A stretch of DNA of 64,000 nucleotides from Anaerolineales bacterium (GTDB lineage: Bacteria; Chloroflexota; Anaerolineae; Anaerolineales; E44-bin32). The position numbers and the translations under genes are program-made. The notes below the pieces were generated by a model, which was not told where the DNA came from, searched no databases, and was given only the letters and a program-made list of their open reading frames with translations. Shown in pieces: positions 1 through 8,576 of the stretch. Position 1 is the first letter of the stretch; each line of letters begins with the position of its first letter. The stretch covers positions 1,422-65,421 of the forward strand of contig DASWJQ010000039.1 in the NCBI GenBank assembly GCA_036397095.1, written 5' to 3'.

Positions 1-196
1 CGAGGATGCGGCCTTCGATGAAGGCCTGCTCGTTCTTGGCGGCCTCCATCTCGGCGTTTTCGATCAGTTCTCCACCTTCAAGCGCCTCGTGCAGCCGGAC
101 GGCCACTTCCTGGCGGCGCACGGTGCGGAGATGTTCCAGCTCGGCCGCCAGCTTGTGGCGGCCCTCTTCGGTCAAATAAACTGCGTGGTTCACCAT
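1..196 (-). CDS. greA: Transcription elongation factor GreA, N-terminal part (gene continues beyond the left edge)
   Basis: Reverse translation from the ATG at 196-194 gives MVNHAVYLTEEGRHKLAAELEHLRTVRRQEVAVRLHEALEGGELIENAEMEAAKNEQAFIEGRIL. This matches the GreA coiled-coil N-domain pattern (compare E. coli ...[23 protein letters not shown]). It is absent from the ORF track because there is no stop codon in the window. Confidence 0.85.
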   Translation of the reverse strand, partial: MVNHAVYLTEEGRHKLAAELEHLRTVRRQEVAVRLHEALEGGELIENAEMEAAKNEQAFIEGRIL

Positions 197-344
197 GAAT
201 CACCTGTTCTACGGGTTAGAAAGCGCAAGAAGGGTCCGGGGGGCGTACTTGGGATAAAAAAGAACTGAGAGTCGTCTCTCAGCCCGGGCCAGCTTGCTGC
301 CGCAGTAGATCATAGCACAGTCGTGCGGGGGTGTCCAGTTGTGG

Positions 345-353
345 CCGGTCGGT
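345..353. repeat. Left copy of the 9-bp target-site duplication CCGGTCGGT flanking the IS
   Basis: An identical 9-mer occurs at 1859-1867, directly outside the two imperfect terminal inverted repeats. Confidence 0.75.
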
Positions 354-1858
354 GGATGTGTCACTTTATTGCCGAGAGGAGGAAAGAGAAGTAGGCTCAC
401 TTGAGTAATCGCGAAATCACCAAGGGAGCCTACTATGACCCGCGTCGAAACGAAGGTCACACTTAGTATAGACGCAAAGGGAGTGAGTCTGCAGGATCTG
501 GAATGCGAAATCGGTGAAGCTCTGAAGCAAGCGGGACAGCAGCTCCTTCTGCAGGCTTGCCAGGTGCTGGAAGATCAACTGTTGGAGCAGGAGAAAGGCC
601 GGTATCTGCGAGACAAGCGCAGATCGCGGCACCTTCTGACTCGGTTCGGCTGGGTCCGCCTTCACCGCTGGCAGGCTCGGAAGAGGGACGGTGGCTACTG
701 CCGTCCGCTGGACGAACGGCTGGGGCTCGAACCGCACCAGCACGCCAGCCCCTGGATCCTCGCTCAGTCCGTGGCACTGGCCACGCGCCTGCCCTACCGT
801 CAGGCAACATCCTTGCTGGGCAGCTTTGTCGAGGCACCGATCGATCATCGCAGTTTGTACCGCTGGGTGCAGCGGGAAGGGGCAGCGATCGTCGCGGAAG
901 AAGACGATCTGCAGGAAGCCGTCTTTCAGCATGGCGAAGTGCCGGCTCGCGACCCCAAGGAGCGGGAACTGATCCTGGCGGAGGTGGATGGCACCTTCCT
1001 GCGTGCGCAGCGGGAAGAGGGCGACAAATTCGAGGTGCGTCTGGGTGTGCTCACGACAGGCAAGGAACTGGAAAGCCTCACGGCCAAAAACCGCCGCTAT
1101 CGGCTGCAGGAGCGGGTGCGTTATGGCGGGGCGGAAGCCGCCGGAGATTTCGGAGAACGCCTGTTCCTGAAAGGAGAAGCGCACCTCGGCCTCTCCCATG
1201 CTCAGCATCTGCTCCTGGTGGGGGACGGCGCCGAATGGATTGAAGCTCTGGCGGGTCATCGTCGCTGGCGTGCCACCTATCAGCTCGATTGGTGGCACCT
1301 GACCCATGCGTTCCACCGCACCTTCCCCGAGCATCCCAAGCTCGTCAAGCGGCTCAAGCGTGATCTCTACCGGGGCCAGGGGAAAAAGATCATCCCCGCC
1401 GTTCGCCTGGCCAGGCTGAGCGGCATCGGCGATCCGGAGCAGGTCGACAAGCTGCTGACGTACCTGGAGGCCAACCAGGCAGGTTTCTATGGCGCTCGCT
1501 CGCTGCGGCCGCTGCTCTCCGAAGAAGCCAAATTGGTTTGCGTGGAAGGTTCGGGCGCCGTTGAGAAGCACATTGATCTGTCCATCTGTCGGCGCTTCAA
1601 GGGTCAGGGTATGCGCTGGACACGGAAAGGAGCCAATCGCCTGCTCAAGCTTCGGATTCGGGAGTTGGATCGGGCAGCCTAGCCAAACAAGCACAACAGG
1701 CATGGTTCTCGTCCGACCGGTAGACATTGTTCAAGGGTGGAGGTGACGAAACCCCAGAAAATGAAAGCCGAAATACCGGAACCGTCTACCAAGGCCCTGT
1801 AAACTGGTTTCAGGTCGGTCTACTTCTGATTTTCCCTCGGCTAAAGTGAGACACTACT
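354..1858 (+). mobile_element. Intact insertion sequence (about 1505 bp), ISLre2-like (UPF0236-type DDE transposase)
   Basis: Imperfect terminal inverted repeats. Left end: GGATGTGTCACTTTATTGCCGAGAGG...GAAGTAGGC. Reverse complement of right end: AGTAGTGTCTCACTTTAGCCGAGGG...GAAGTAGACC. It carries a single transposase ORF and is flanked by a 9-bp direct repeat. As far as I recall, this size and a 9-bp duplication fit the ISLre2 family description. Confidence 0.75.
435..1682 (+). CDS. DDE transposase, ISLre2/ISKra4-like
   Basis: 415-aa ORF. Candidate catalytic motifs are AEVDGTF, LVGDGAEWI and YQLDWWHL. The C-terminal ...GMRWTRKGANRLLKLRI tail is typical of this transposase group. GGGAG lies 8 nt upstream of the ATG. 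Confidence 0.8.
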   Translation: MTRVETKVTLSIDAKGVSLQDLECEIGEALKQAGQQLLLQACQVLEDQLLEQEKGRYLRDKRRSRHLLTRFGWVRLHRWQARKRDGGYCRPLDERLGLEPHQHASPWILAQSVALATRLPYRQATSLLGSFVEAPIDHRSLYRWVQREGAAIVAEEDDLQEAVFQHGEVPARDPKERELILAEVDGTFLRAQREEGDKFEVRLGVLTTGKELESLTAKNRRYRLQERVRYGGAEAAGDFGERLFLKGEAHLGLSHAQHLLLVGDGAEWIEALAGHRRWRATYQLDWWHLTHAFHRTFPEHPKLVKRLKRDLYRGQGKKIIPAVRLARLSGIGDPEQVDKLLTYLEANQAGFYGARSLRPLLSEEAKLVCVEGSGAVEKHIDLSICRRFKGQGMRWTRKGANRLLKLRIRELDRAA

Positions 1859-1867
1859 CCGGTCGGT
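1859..1867. repeat. Right copy of the 9-bp target-site duplication CCGGTCGGT
   Basis: Identical to 345-353. Its last base overlaps the stop codon of the PIG-L gene. Confidence 0.75.
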
Positions 1868-2622
1868 TAGGGAATCCCCGGGCGATCACTCGGCGCCAGG
1901 ATCGGCACGCCGCTGTGTTCGGCCAAATAGGCTTCCAGTTCGCGCTGCAGCTGCGCCGGGTTCTGCCAGAAGGTCGAGCGCTGCGAGCGGTAGGTCCAAA
2001 TGGCCGAGGCCCAGGCGTCCTGCTCGGCCTCGTCGAGCGGCAGCACGCTGGCCAGACCGCCGGGGCGGCCAAAGCCCGCGGCCGGCTGCCCTTGGCGGGC
2101 GCTGTAAGGGAAGTCGTGGTAGCGCCAAAGTGGGCGGTCAAGCGCTTCGGCGGCCCGTCGCACCAACTGGTGGTCAACATGGCCACCGATGCCCAACGGG
2201 GCGTAGAGTTGGGCACTGTCGGAAGCGACTTCGTCCAGGGCGCCTGCCAACAGCTCGATCAACGGCTCGTCGACCGGATGCAGTCCACCAAACAAGCTAT
2301 TTTCGTCGGGATACAGGGGGTGGCCGTCTTCCTGCAACCGGTAGATGGCGTCGGGCAGCCCGATGTGGACGGCGGCAACGCCCAACAGGGCGCAGGCTTC
2401 CAGATCCTCCTGGCGCCGTTGCTCGACGGCCTGCTCGGCGGAGCCCCAGCGCACTTCGAGCTCGCGGGCCAACGGCGATCGCAAGCCCGGCGGCGGATCG
2501 CCGGCGCACACCGTCACCACCGTGACCGAAGCCCCCTGCCCGACCTGGCGGGCGATCAGCCCGCCGCACGAATAGACGGCGTCGTCGAGGTGGGGGGAGA
2601 GGTAGATGGCGCTCGGTGGCAT
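1867..2622 (-). CDS. PIG-L/LmbE family N-acetylglucosaminyl deacetylase
   Basis: 251 aa. N-terminal SPHLDDAVYSCGG and the downstream GGHVDH zinc-site motif are characteristic of the PIG-L family. Confidence 0.8.
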   Translation of the reverse strand: MPPSAIYLSPHLDDAVYSCGGLIARQVGQGASVTVVTVCAGDPPPGLRSPLARELEVRWGSAEQAVEQRRQEDLEACALLGVAAVHIGLPDAIYRLQEDGHPLYPDENSLFGGLHPVDEPLIELLAGALDEVASDSAQLYAPLGIGGHVDHQLVRRAAEALDRPLWRYHDFPYSARQGQPAAGFGRPGGLASVLPLDEAEQDAWASAIWTYRSQRSTFWQNPAQLQRELEAYLAEHSGVPILAPSDRPGIP

Positions 2623-2765
2623 GTTGGTGGGGATTATAGGGGAGCAAAGGCAGAGATCGCGGCCGATCAGTCGACGTCAGCGACTAGCTACTAGCCACTA
2701 GCAGAGAGATTGTCCGAATGGTGCCGCTCTGCATATCGGGGAAGGTCAACGCCCAGGAAAGGAGA

Positions 2766-2790
2766 ACGCCCAGGGGATTGCCCTGGGCGT
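2766..2790 (-). terminator. Putative rho-independent terminator of the hsp20 gene
   Basis: 10-bp stem ACGCCCAGGG/CCCTGGGCGT with a 5-nt loop, 44 nt past the stop. It is followed on the minus strand by TTCTCCTTTCC. Confidence 0.45.
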
Positions 2791-2833
2791 CCGTCTTCTG
2801 GCTATTTGCTAGGTGCTAGATGCCAGCGACTCG

Positions 2834-3277
2834 CTAACCCTTCTTTGCCTTAACCGTAATCTGCCGCGGCTTGGCGGCTTCGGCCTTGGGGATGCGCAGG
2901 GTCAGAATGCCGTTCTCGATCTCGGCCTGGGCCTTGCTCGAGTCGACCGTGGACGGCAGGGTCAGCGAGCGGGCGAAGCGGCGGTAGCGGCGCTCCCGGA
3001 CATGATAGTCGCGCTCGCCTTCGACCTCTTTCTCCTGGCGAATCTCGCCCCGCAGGGTCAGAGTGTCGCCGGTCACCGAAATCTCGATGTCATCCGGCTT
3101 CACGCCGGGCATGGCCGCCTCGATCACGACCTCGTCAGCGGTCTGGTAGACATCAATCGGGGCCAGCCCCTCGTACCAGCCGCCGTTGGTGCGCCCGGAC
3201 ATGCTGTCGTCCATCACCCTGTCGAGCATGTCGTGCATGCGGCGCATCTCGCGGAACGGTTCCCAACGTGTCAACAT
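2834..3277 (-). CDS. Hsp20/alpha-crystallin family small heat-shock protein
   Basis: 147 aa with an alpha-crystallin domain pattern (APIDVYQT.DEVVIEAAMPGVKPDDIEISV.GDTLTLRGE...RFARSLTLP...A...NGILTLRIPK). GAGGAGG RBS. Confidence 0.9.
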   Translation of the reverse strand: MLTRWEPFREMRRMHDMLDRVMDDSMSGRTNGGWYEGLAPIDVYQTADEVVIEAAMPGVKPDDIEISVTGDTLTLRGEIRQEKEVEGERDYHVRERRYRRFARSLTLPSTVDSSKAQAEIENGILTLRIPKAEAAKPRQITVKAKKG

Positions 3278-3402
3278 GGCAATTCCTCCTCGTCCTAAGT
3301 GCAGAACGTTGCTGGTTGATTCCAGTTATAGAAATCGTCCGTAGGAAGAGCGTTAAAGACGCCTAGGAAAGCCGTTAACGTGGAAGGGCAGCGCAGCGGC
3401 CG

Positions 3403-3411
3403 TGATAGAAT
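3403..3411 (+). promoter_or_regulatory. Extended -10 element TGaTAGAAT upstream of tRNA-Lys
   Basis: TGATAGAAT ends 8 nt before the mature tRNA 5' end. No good -35 was seen. Confidence 0.4.
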
Positions 3412-3419
3412 CGGCCTGC

Positions 3420-3492
3420 GCGCCGTTAGCTCAATTGGCAGAGCAGGGGCCTTTTAAGCCCACGGTTGCAGGTTCGAGTCCTGCACGGCGCA
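3420..3492 (+). tRNA. tRNA-Lys (anticodon UUU), no encoded CCA
   Basis: Hand-folded cloverleaf. Acceptor GCGCCGT/ACGGCGC; D stem GCTC/GAGC; anticodon loop CTTTTAA; T arm GCAGG-TTCGAGT-CCTGC; discriminator A. There is one G-A mismatch at the top of the anticodon stem. Confidence 0.9.
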
Positions 3493-3496
3493 TTGG

Positions 3497-3515
3497 ACCC
3501 GCCGACAAGGCGGGT
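3497..3515 (+). terminator. Hairpin after tRNA-Lys
   Basis: Stem ACCCGCC/GGCGGGT with loop GACAA, followed by TCTCCATT. Confidence 0.4.
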
Positions 3516-3560
3516 TCTCCATTGGTCGACACCGCACCAATCTGTGCGGTGAGGGGAACC

Positions 3561-3601
3561 GGACTTCCCGGAAGTCCTGAAGCTGGACTTCCGGGAAGTC
3601 C
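3561..3601. repeat. Nested palindrome: GGACTTCCCGGAAGTCC - 7 nt - GGACTTCCGGGAAGTCC
   Basis: The two 17-nt arms are exact reverse complements of each other, and each arm is itself a near-palindrome. Related CTTCCSGGAAG hairpins occur at 19565-19598 and 21812-21843. Confidence 0.8.
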
Positions 3602-3675
3602 GTCCTTTCTCCCCCTGCAGCCAGTCCTCTCATCGCCCTTGAAACAACCGATTCACAAATACGGGCACCCACCTT

Positions 3676-5280
3676 GTGCCCTCCCCTACTCCCGCCTATA
3701 GTCACGGTGTGACCCCCCACCACGACGGCGGACCGGCTTCGAGCCTGCGGACGATCCTTCGCCGAGACCCGATGCTCGCCGCCGAAATCACCCTACTATT
3801 GTTGGTCGGTTTCAGTCTGCGGTTCCTCAGGCTGGGCTACTCAGACTTTCAAGGCGACGAGATCAACGCCATCTGCCACGCCTCGGAATACGAGTCGCTG
3901 CTCAGCTTCGCCCGCTTCCTGCTCGACCAGCGCAAAGGCCCGGTTCAGTATCTGATCACCTGCGCCTACAGCCTGCTCGACCCGGCATTCAGCAGCGAGC
4001 TGGCGCTGCGGCTGCCGTTCGCCGTCGCCAGCGGGCTTGGCCTGGCTGCCTTCTATCTGCTGGTGTGGCGCTGGTTCGGCAAGCGAACTGCCGCCCTGGC
4101 CGGCTTCCTGCTGGCGACCAACGGGCTGTTCGTTGCCTTCGGCCGCATCGTGCAGTACCAGTCGGTCGTCCTGCTGACGACGACCGCCAGCCTGCTTCTC
4201 CTCACGCTGGCAATCGACCGGCCGCGTTGGAGGCTCGCCGGGCTGTACGCCAGTGCCACCCTGGCGGCCGTGGGCCTGCTGACCCATTTCGACGCCGTCT
4301 TCGCCCTGCTCCCGCTGGCCGTCCTGGCTGTCCTTTGGCAGCGCGCCTACCGCCAAGCCCAGGGCCGCGGCTGGCCCCACCTGGCGGCCGCCACGGTCTG
4401 GGCCGGGCTGCTGGTGCTGCCCTTCTATCTGGCCTACGCCCGCCGGCTCGGCCCATTCCAACTCGCCTACTGGGGCGATCGTGTGACGGCGGCCCCGACG
4501 GACACGCTCGGTCTCCTGCGTTTCTACAATCCGGGTCCTATTGTCTGGGTCTACCTGATTGCCGCCGCCCTTGCCGTCTTCCAGCTGCAACGCACGCGCG
4601 GCTGGGTGCTAACCCTGGCCTGGTTGTTGCCTCCCCTGGTCTTCATGGAGTTCGTCTTCCACGACTCACGCACCCATGTCTACACCTACCTACTGCCGCT
4701 CATGATCGTGGCAGGGCATGGCCTGGCGGGCGCACTTGCATGGGCCCGGTCCTATGCAGGCGACGTGCCGGGACGGATTGCACAGGTTGTGGTTGGGATG
4801 GTGGTTCTGGGGTTGGCCTGGGCCAGCTTTGCGGTGTTGATCGACCCCCAGCCAGAGTACCCATGGAGCCCGAAGCGCGTTCTATGGTGGCAGGCCGACG
4901 GCGGCTACCTGCAGGGCACCTTTGGCTTCCCTTACAACCGCCAGTGGCGCGCCATTGGCCAATGGTTCGAAACAGCCGCCGGGGAGGCGCCGATTGTGGT
5001 TACCAACGAAAAGTTGGTGATCACGACCTTCTATCTGCCGCCGGACTCAACCATCCACTACCGGTCCCGGGTTCAGCCGGAGTCGTTGGCCCCGGGGGAC
5101 CAAGTCTACGTGTTGGTTGTCGAGCGGCCCCAGAGCTGGGTCGACGGATTGTGGGGGTGGCCGCTGGCCCACTGGTCCGAAGAATTCACAGCCGTCGAGC
5201 AATTCAGCCGGACCGACGGCGGCTTGCAGGCGAGCGTCTACCGGCTGACCGCAGACCAGATCGCCGAATACTTCCCGTGA
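3676..5280 (+). CDS. GT-C fold glycosyltransferase, family 39/ArnT-PMT-like polytopic membrane protein (start uncertain: GTG 3676 or ATG 3772)
   Basis: More than 10 predicted hydrophobic helices. The first-loop motif YSDFQGDEINA carries the DE pair typical of ArnT/PMT-type enzymes. There is a large soluble C-terminal domain. Confidence 0.65.
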   Translation: MPSPTPAYSHGVTPHHDGGPASSLRTILRRDPMLAAEITLLLLVGFSLRFLRLGYSDFQGDEINAICHASEYESLLSFARFLLDQRKGPVQYLITCAYSLLDPAFSSELALRLPFAVASGLGLAAFYLLVWRWFGKRTAALAGFLLATNGLFVAFGRIVQYQSVVLLTTTASLLLLTLAIDRPRWRLAGLYASATLAAVGLLTHFDAVFALLPLAVLAVLWQRAYRQAQGRGWPHLAAATVWAGLLVLPFYLAYARRLGPFQLAYWGDRVTAAPTDTLGLLRFYNPGPIVWVYLIAAALAVFQLQRTRGWVLTLAWLLPPLVFMEFVFHDSRTHVYTYLLPLMIVAGHGLAGALAWARSYAGDVPGRIAQVVVGMVVLGLAWASFAVLIDPQPEYPWSPKRVLWWQADGGYLQGTFGFPYNRQWRAIGQWFETAAGEAPIVVTNEKLVITTFYLPPDSTIHYRSRVQPESLAPGDQVYVLVVERPQSWVDGLWGWPLAHWSEEFTAVEQFSRTDGGLQASVYRLTADQIAEYFP

Positions 5281-5338
5281 TGGCAAGAATCTCTCCCCGG
5301 AAGCCCTGAACTCGGAATGCCGGGAAGGATGCTTTCCG

Positions 5339-5572
5339 TTACCGCCGCCGGCCCACGGCCGCCAGGACGACCAGCAGCAGCGTCACGACGACCAAGATCA
5401 CAATCAACGGCTGCCACTGCGCCGCCGAGCCCTCCGAGCCCGACTGAAACGGCCACTGGAAATTCAGGCTGAATCCACCGCTGCAGCCGGCCAGAAAGAT
5501 TGCCCCGCCGGTCAACAGAAGCAGGATCCGCCGGGCCGAGTCTGTACCGCGCTCCACTCGTTGCCGCCACAT
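5339..5572 (-). CDS. Small hypothetical lipoprotein with a C-terminal TM helix
   Basis: 77 aa with a lipobox-like LLLLTGGAIFLAGC and a hydrophobic C-terminal segment ending in RRR. GAGGAGG lies upstream of the ATG. Confidence 0.45.
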   Translation of the reverse strand: MWRQRVERGTDSARRILLLLTGGAIFLAGCSGGFSLNFQWPFQSGSEGSAAQWQPLIVILVVVTLLLVVLAAVGRRR

Positions 5573-5730
5573 GATTTTGCCTCCTCAGCAATGCCCACCT
5601 TCACGAACGTCCGATCCCAAAGGAACGGACGCTGCGCTTGACACTAGCGTCGGCCAGCCTGGTGCGACAGGTATCGGAGGCACAATGCCTGTCCGGTGAC
5701 GGGCACAGCTACGGAAAGTCCACCCTCGAC

Positions 5731-5759
5731 GGTCGATTCAAGACGACGCAATTCGTTAA
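5731..5759 (+). promoter_or_regulatory. Candidate ECF-type promoter (GGTCGA-N17-CGTTAA) ahead of the SRPBCC/YciI/sigma genes
   Basis: It ends about 34 nt upstream of the ATG at 5793. It resembles the TGTCGA-like -35 / CGTC-like -10 that I recall for ECF42 sigma factors. That motif is from memory and needs verification. Confidence 0.25.
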
Positions 5760-5792
5760 CCCTACGAAACCACAAACAAGAATGGGAGACCC

Positions 5793-6245
5793 ATGGAACC
5801 GGTAATCCTTCAAACCATCGAAGTACATTGTTCGCCGCAAACTGCCTTTGACCACTTTACCCAGCAGGACCTGCTCGAGACGTTCTTCTGCGTTGAAGCC
5901 GAGGTTGAGGCCGTGGTCGGCGGCAAATACGAGTTGGCCTGGGACCCACCCAACAAGCCCGACAGCGCCACCATCGGCTGCCGCATTACCGCCCTGGCCG
6001 AGCCATCGCTGCTGGCATTCGACTGGAAGGGGCCGCCGCAATTTGAGGCGACGATGAACGTTGCCGAGCCGCTGACGCATGTCGTTGTCAGTTTCTACCC
6101 GCTGGCTGGCGACCGCACCCGCGTCCTCATCGTTCACAGTGGCTGGCGGCCAGGTGAAGAATGGCAGCAGGCGCGCGACTATTTTGACCGCGCCTGGCAG
6201 ATTGTGCTTGAGGCCCTAGAATCAACCATTGCCGGGGAAGAATGA
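5793..6245 (+). CDS. SRPBCC superfamily protein (AHSA1/START-like)
   Basis: 150 aa with the typical length and pattern (I.A.P..VFD..T....L..WF......E...GG.Y...W). Confidence 0.65.
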   Translation: MEPVILQTIEVHCSPQTAFDHFTQQDLLETFFCVEAEVEAVVGGKYELAWDPPNKPDSATIGCRITALAEPSLLAFDWKGPPQFEATMNVAEPLTHVVVSFYPLAGDRTRVLIVHSGWRPGEEWQQARDYFDRAWQIVLEALESTIAGEE

Positions 6246-6291
6246 GCGCCGTGCGCAAGCACTCGATCCGAGTTTCCAAGGAGGCAGAGTC

Positions 6292-6642
6292 ATGAAATAC
6301 GTCATGTTGGTCTACCAGAATGAACAGCGGGCGAAAGCCGCCACCGAACAGGAGATGGCCGAGTCGGTCGCGCTCTACAACGCTTTTCACGAGCAGGTAG
6401 CGGCCAGCGGTCAAATGGTCGATGGCACCCGGCTCCGGCACAGCGATACGGCGACCACGGTCAGCGTCCGCCAGGGGAAGACGATTACCACCGACGGTCC
6501 CTTCGCCGAGACCAAGGAGCAGCTGGGCGGTTTCTACCTGATGGACTGCACCGACCTCGACGAAGCCATCGAAGTGGCCGCCCGCATCCCGGGTGCGCTC
6601 AGCGGCCGTATTGAAATCCGGCCGGTGTACGGCGAGAGCTAG
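6292..6642 (+). CDS. YciI-like (DGPF domain) protein
   Basis: MKYVMLVY... with the hallmark TDGPFAETKEQLGGFY motif. An AAGGAGG RBS lies 7 nt upstream of ATG 6292. The ORF-track start at 6229 is an upstream extension. Confidence 0.85.
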   Translation: MKYVMLVYQNEQRAKAATEQEMAESVALYNAFHEQVAASGQMVDGTRLRHSDTATTVSVRQGKTITTDGPFAETKEQLGGFYLMDCTDLDEAIEVAARIPGALSGRIEIRPVYGES

Positions 6643-6942
6643 GAAGAGGACGGGGAGTAGGAGCCGCACGATGCCTGGGCTACTGATCCGTCGGCTGCCC
6701 CTCCTGGCCGGTGCGCTGTGCTCCAAATCGCCGTTGCCGTTGGCCGGCCGGACTGGGGCGATCACAAGGATCGCCCATACGAAGCGAGGCTCCAAGATGG
6801 AAGGCCTGACCGTCGAGTGAGGGCCGAGTCCCATGAGCCTGGTAAGGGAATCCTGGCAAGGGCGAAGCTTGTGTTCGTCCGACCTGAGCTGCAGGCGCGT
6901 TCGCGGTACAAACCGGCCGGCAGATCGGTACAATGGCCGGCG

Positions 6943-8202
6943 ATGGACGCAAGACGTCAAGCATTGGACCCGGCCTTCCGCCAACACCACGGCCGCGTGC
7001 TGGCCAACTTGATGGCCCGCTTTGGAGACCTTGACCTGGCCGAGGAGGCCCTGGCCGAAGCCTATCTGACTGCGCTGGAACGCTGGCCGGACGATGGCCA
7101 ACCGGCCAACCCGGGTGCTTGGCTGACGGTCACTGCCGGGCGCAAGGCGCTCGACCGGCTCCGACGTGAAGGTATCTATCAGAAAAAGCTCGCGGAGCTG
7201 GCCCACGACCCCAGCCAGTCTTCCCGGTCGGGTCCACCCGAGCTGCCGGACGAGTACCCCGACGAGCGTCTCAAACTGATTTTCACCTGTTGTCACCCGG
7301 CCCTGACAGTGGAAGCCCAGGTTGCCCTGACGCTGCGCTCGTTAGGCGGTCTGACCACCTGCGAAATCGCCCGAGCCTTCCTGGTGCCGGAGGCCACCAT
7401 GGCCCAGCGATTGGTACGGGCCAAGCGCAAGATCCGCCAAGCGGGGATTCCGTTTCGCGTGCCGGACCCGGCCGCCCTCTCCGACAGGCTGGGTGCGGTG
7501 TTGGTAGTTATTTATCTCGTCTACAACGAAGGCTACCGGGCCACCGGCGGCGGCGTGCTGGATCGGCCTGACTTGTCGGCCGAGGCCGTTCGGTTGGCCG
7601 GCTTGCTTGTCGCCCTCCTGCGCCAACAGGCGAAGGAAGAAGTTTTGGCCGAGCCGCTTGGTCTGCAGGCCCTGCTCCTGCTCATCGAGGCCCGCCGGCC
7701 CGCCCGCCTGGATGCAGCGGGGGATCTGGTGCTGCTGCGTGATCAGAACCGATCGCGTTGGGATCATGTGCAGATTGACCGGGGTCGCCGGCTACTGGCC
7801 CGGGCGGCCGCCCTGCGGGCCCCGGGTCCATACCAATTGCAGGCCGCCATCCAATTGGCCCACAACCAGGCCGCCAGCGCCGATGCCACGCCATGGGCCG
7901 AGATTGCTCGCCTCTACCAAAGCCTGGACTCCCTGCAGCCCACGCCCGTGGTTCAACTCAACTGGGCGGTGGCTCTGGCCTTCAACGGCGAGCATGGGCG
8001 CGCCTGGCACCTGCTCGAGGCCCTGGATCAATCCGGTTTGTTGGCCGACTACAGCCCGTACTACGTCGCCCGGGCCGAGCTGCTGCGCCAGCAGGGCGAC
8101 CTCGCCGCTGCCGCCGGCGCGCTGCGCAAGGCGGCCGCCGTCAGCACCAACCGGATCGAGCAGCGCCGGCTGCGGCAGCAAGCTGCCGAGTTGCAAGGCT
8201 AG
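6943..8202 (+). CDS. ECF sigma factor with a long C-terminal TPR-like extension (ECF42-type)
   Basis: Sigma-70 region 2 ([35 protein letters not shown]) and region 4 ([36 protein letters not shown]) are followed by about 230 aa of helical repeats. The gene is flanked by DGPF/YciI genes, the known ECF42 context. Start chosen at ATG 6943, where homology begins. Confidence 0.8.
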   Translation: MDARRQALDPAFRQHHGRVLANLMARFGDLDLAEEALAEAYLTALERWPDDGQPANPGAWLTVTAGRKALDRLRREGIYQKKLAELAHDPSQSSRSGPPELPDEYPDERLKLIFTCCHPALTVEAQVALTLRSLGGLTTCEIARAFLVPEATMAQRLVRAKRKIRQAGIPFRVPDPAALSDRLGAVLVVIYLVYNEGYRATGGGVLDRPDLSAEAVRLAGLLVALLRQQAKEEVLAEPLGLQALLLLIEARRPARLDAAGDLVLLRDQNRSRWDHVQIDRGRRLLARAAALRAPGPYQLQAAIQLAHNQAASADATPWAEIARLYQSLDSLQPTPVVQLNWAVALAFNGEHGRAWHLLEALDQSGLLADYSPYYVARAELLRQQGDLAAAAGALRKAAAVSTNRIEQRRLRQQAAELQG

Positions 8203-8216
8203 CCGGGAGAGTACCC

Positions 8217-8576
8217 ATGCATGCAAACCAACCACAGCCGGGTGATCCGCCGGCCCGCATGGTCCAACTGATCCTGGGCTTCTTCAAGAAGGGTCCAACC
8301 TGGAGCGCCGAGTCATCTCCCCAGGTCGAGGCCGACCAACGGCGTCACCTGGCGACCTTGCATGAGCTTCGCCAAAGCGGCATGCTGCTGTTGTCCGGCC
8401 CGACGCCGGAAAGCGGCGACCTGCGCGGCCTGGTGGTCTTCCGGCCTGGCAGCCGCCGGCAAGTCGAAGGCTGGCTGGCCGACGACGCCCACGTGCGCAG
8501 CGGCCGGCTGGTGATCGAGTTGCACGAATGGTGGCTGGATGCCGAAGTGGTGGAGCGGTTGGGGGCTGCGGAGTAG
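8217..8576 (+). CDS. YciI-like family protein (second copy)
   Basis: 119 aa: ...LILGFFKKGPTW...HLATLHELRQSGMLLLSGP...GLVVFR...EVEGWLADDAHVRSGRLVIELHEWW. The ORF-track start at 7893 overlaps the sigma gene. ATG 8217 has GGGAGA upstream. Confidence 0.65.
   Translation: MHANQPQPGDPPARMVQLILGFFKKGPTWSAESSPQVEADQRRHLATLHELRQSGMLLLSGPTPESGDLRGLVVFRPGSRRQVEGWLADDAHVRSGRLVIELHEWWLDAEVVERLGAAE

Noticed and set aside
417-1727. A 436-aa ORF on the minus strand, covering the whole transposase gene.
   Set aside because: It is antisense to an ORF with clear transposase motifs, has no recognisable motifs of its own, and shows Ala/Arg/Pro/Gly-rich composition typical of spurious open frames in high-GC DNA.
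3278-3400. A heat-shock operator (CIRCE or HAIR-like inverted repeat) upstream of hsp20.
   Set aside because: No TTAGCACTC-N9-GAGTGCTAA-like element or other clear inverted repeat was found. Only a weak TATAAC -10 candidate is present.
6127-7296. A 389-aa minus-strand ORF spanning the SRPBCC, YciI and sigma genes.
   Set aside because: It runs antisense across three independent genes with good motifs and an intergenic spacer, and shows no family signature. It is a GC artefact.
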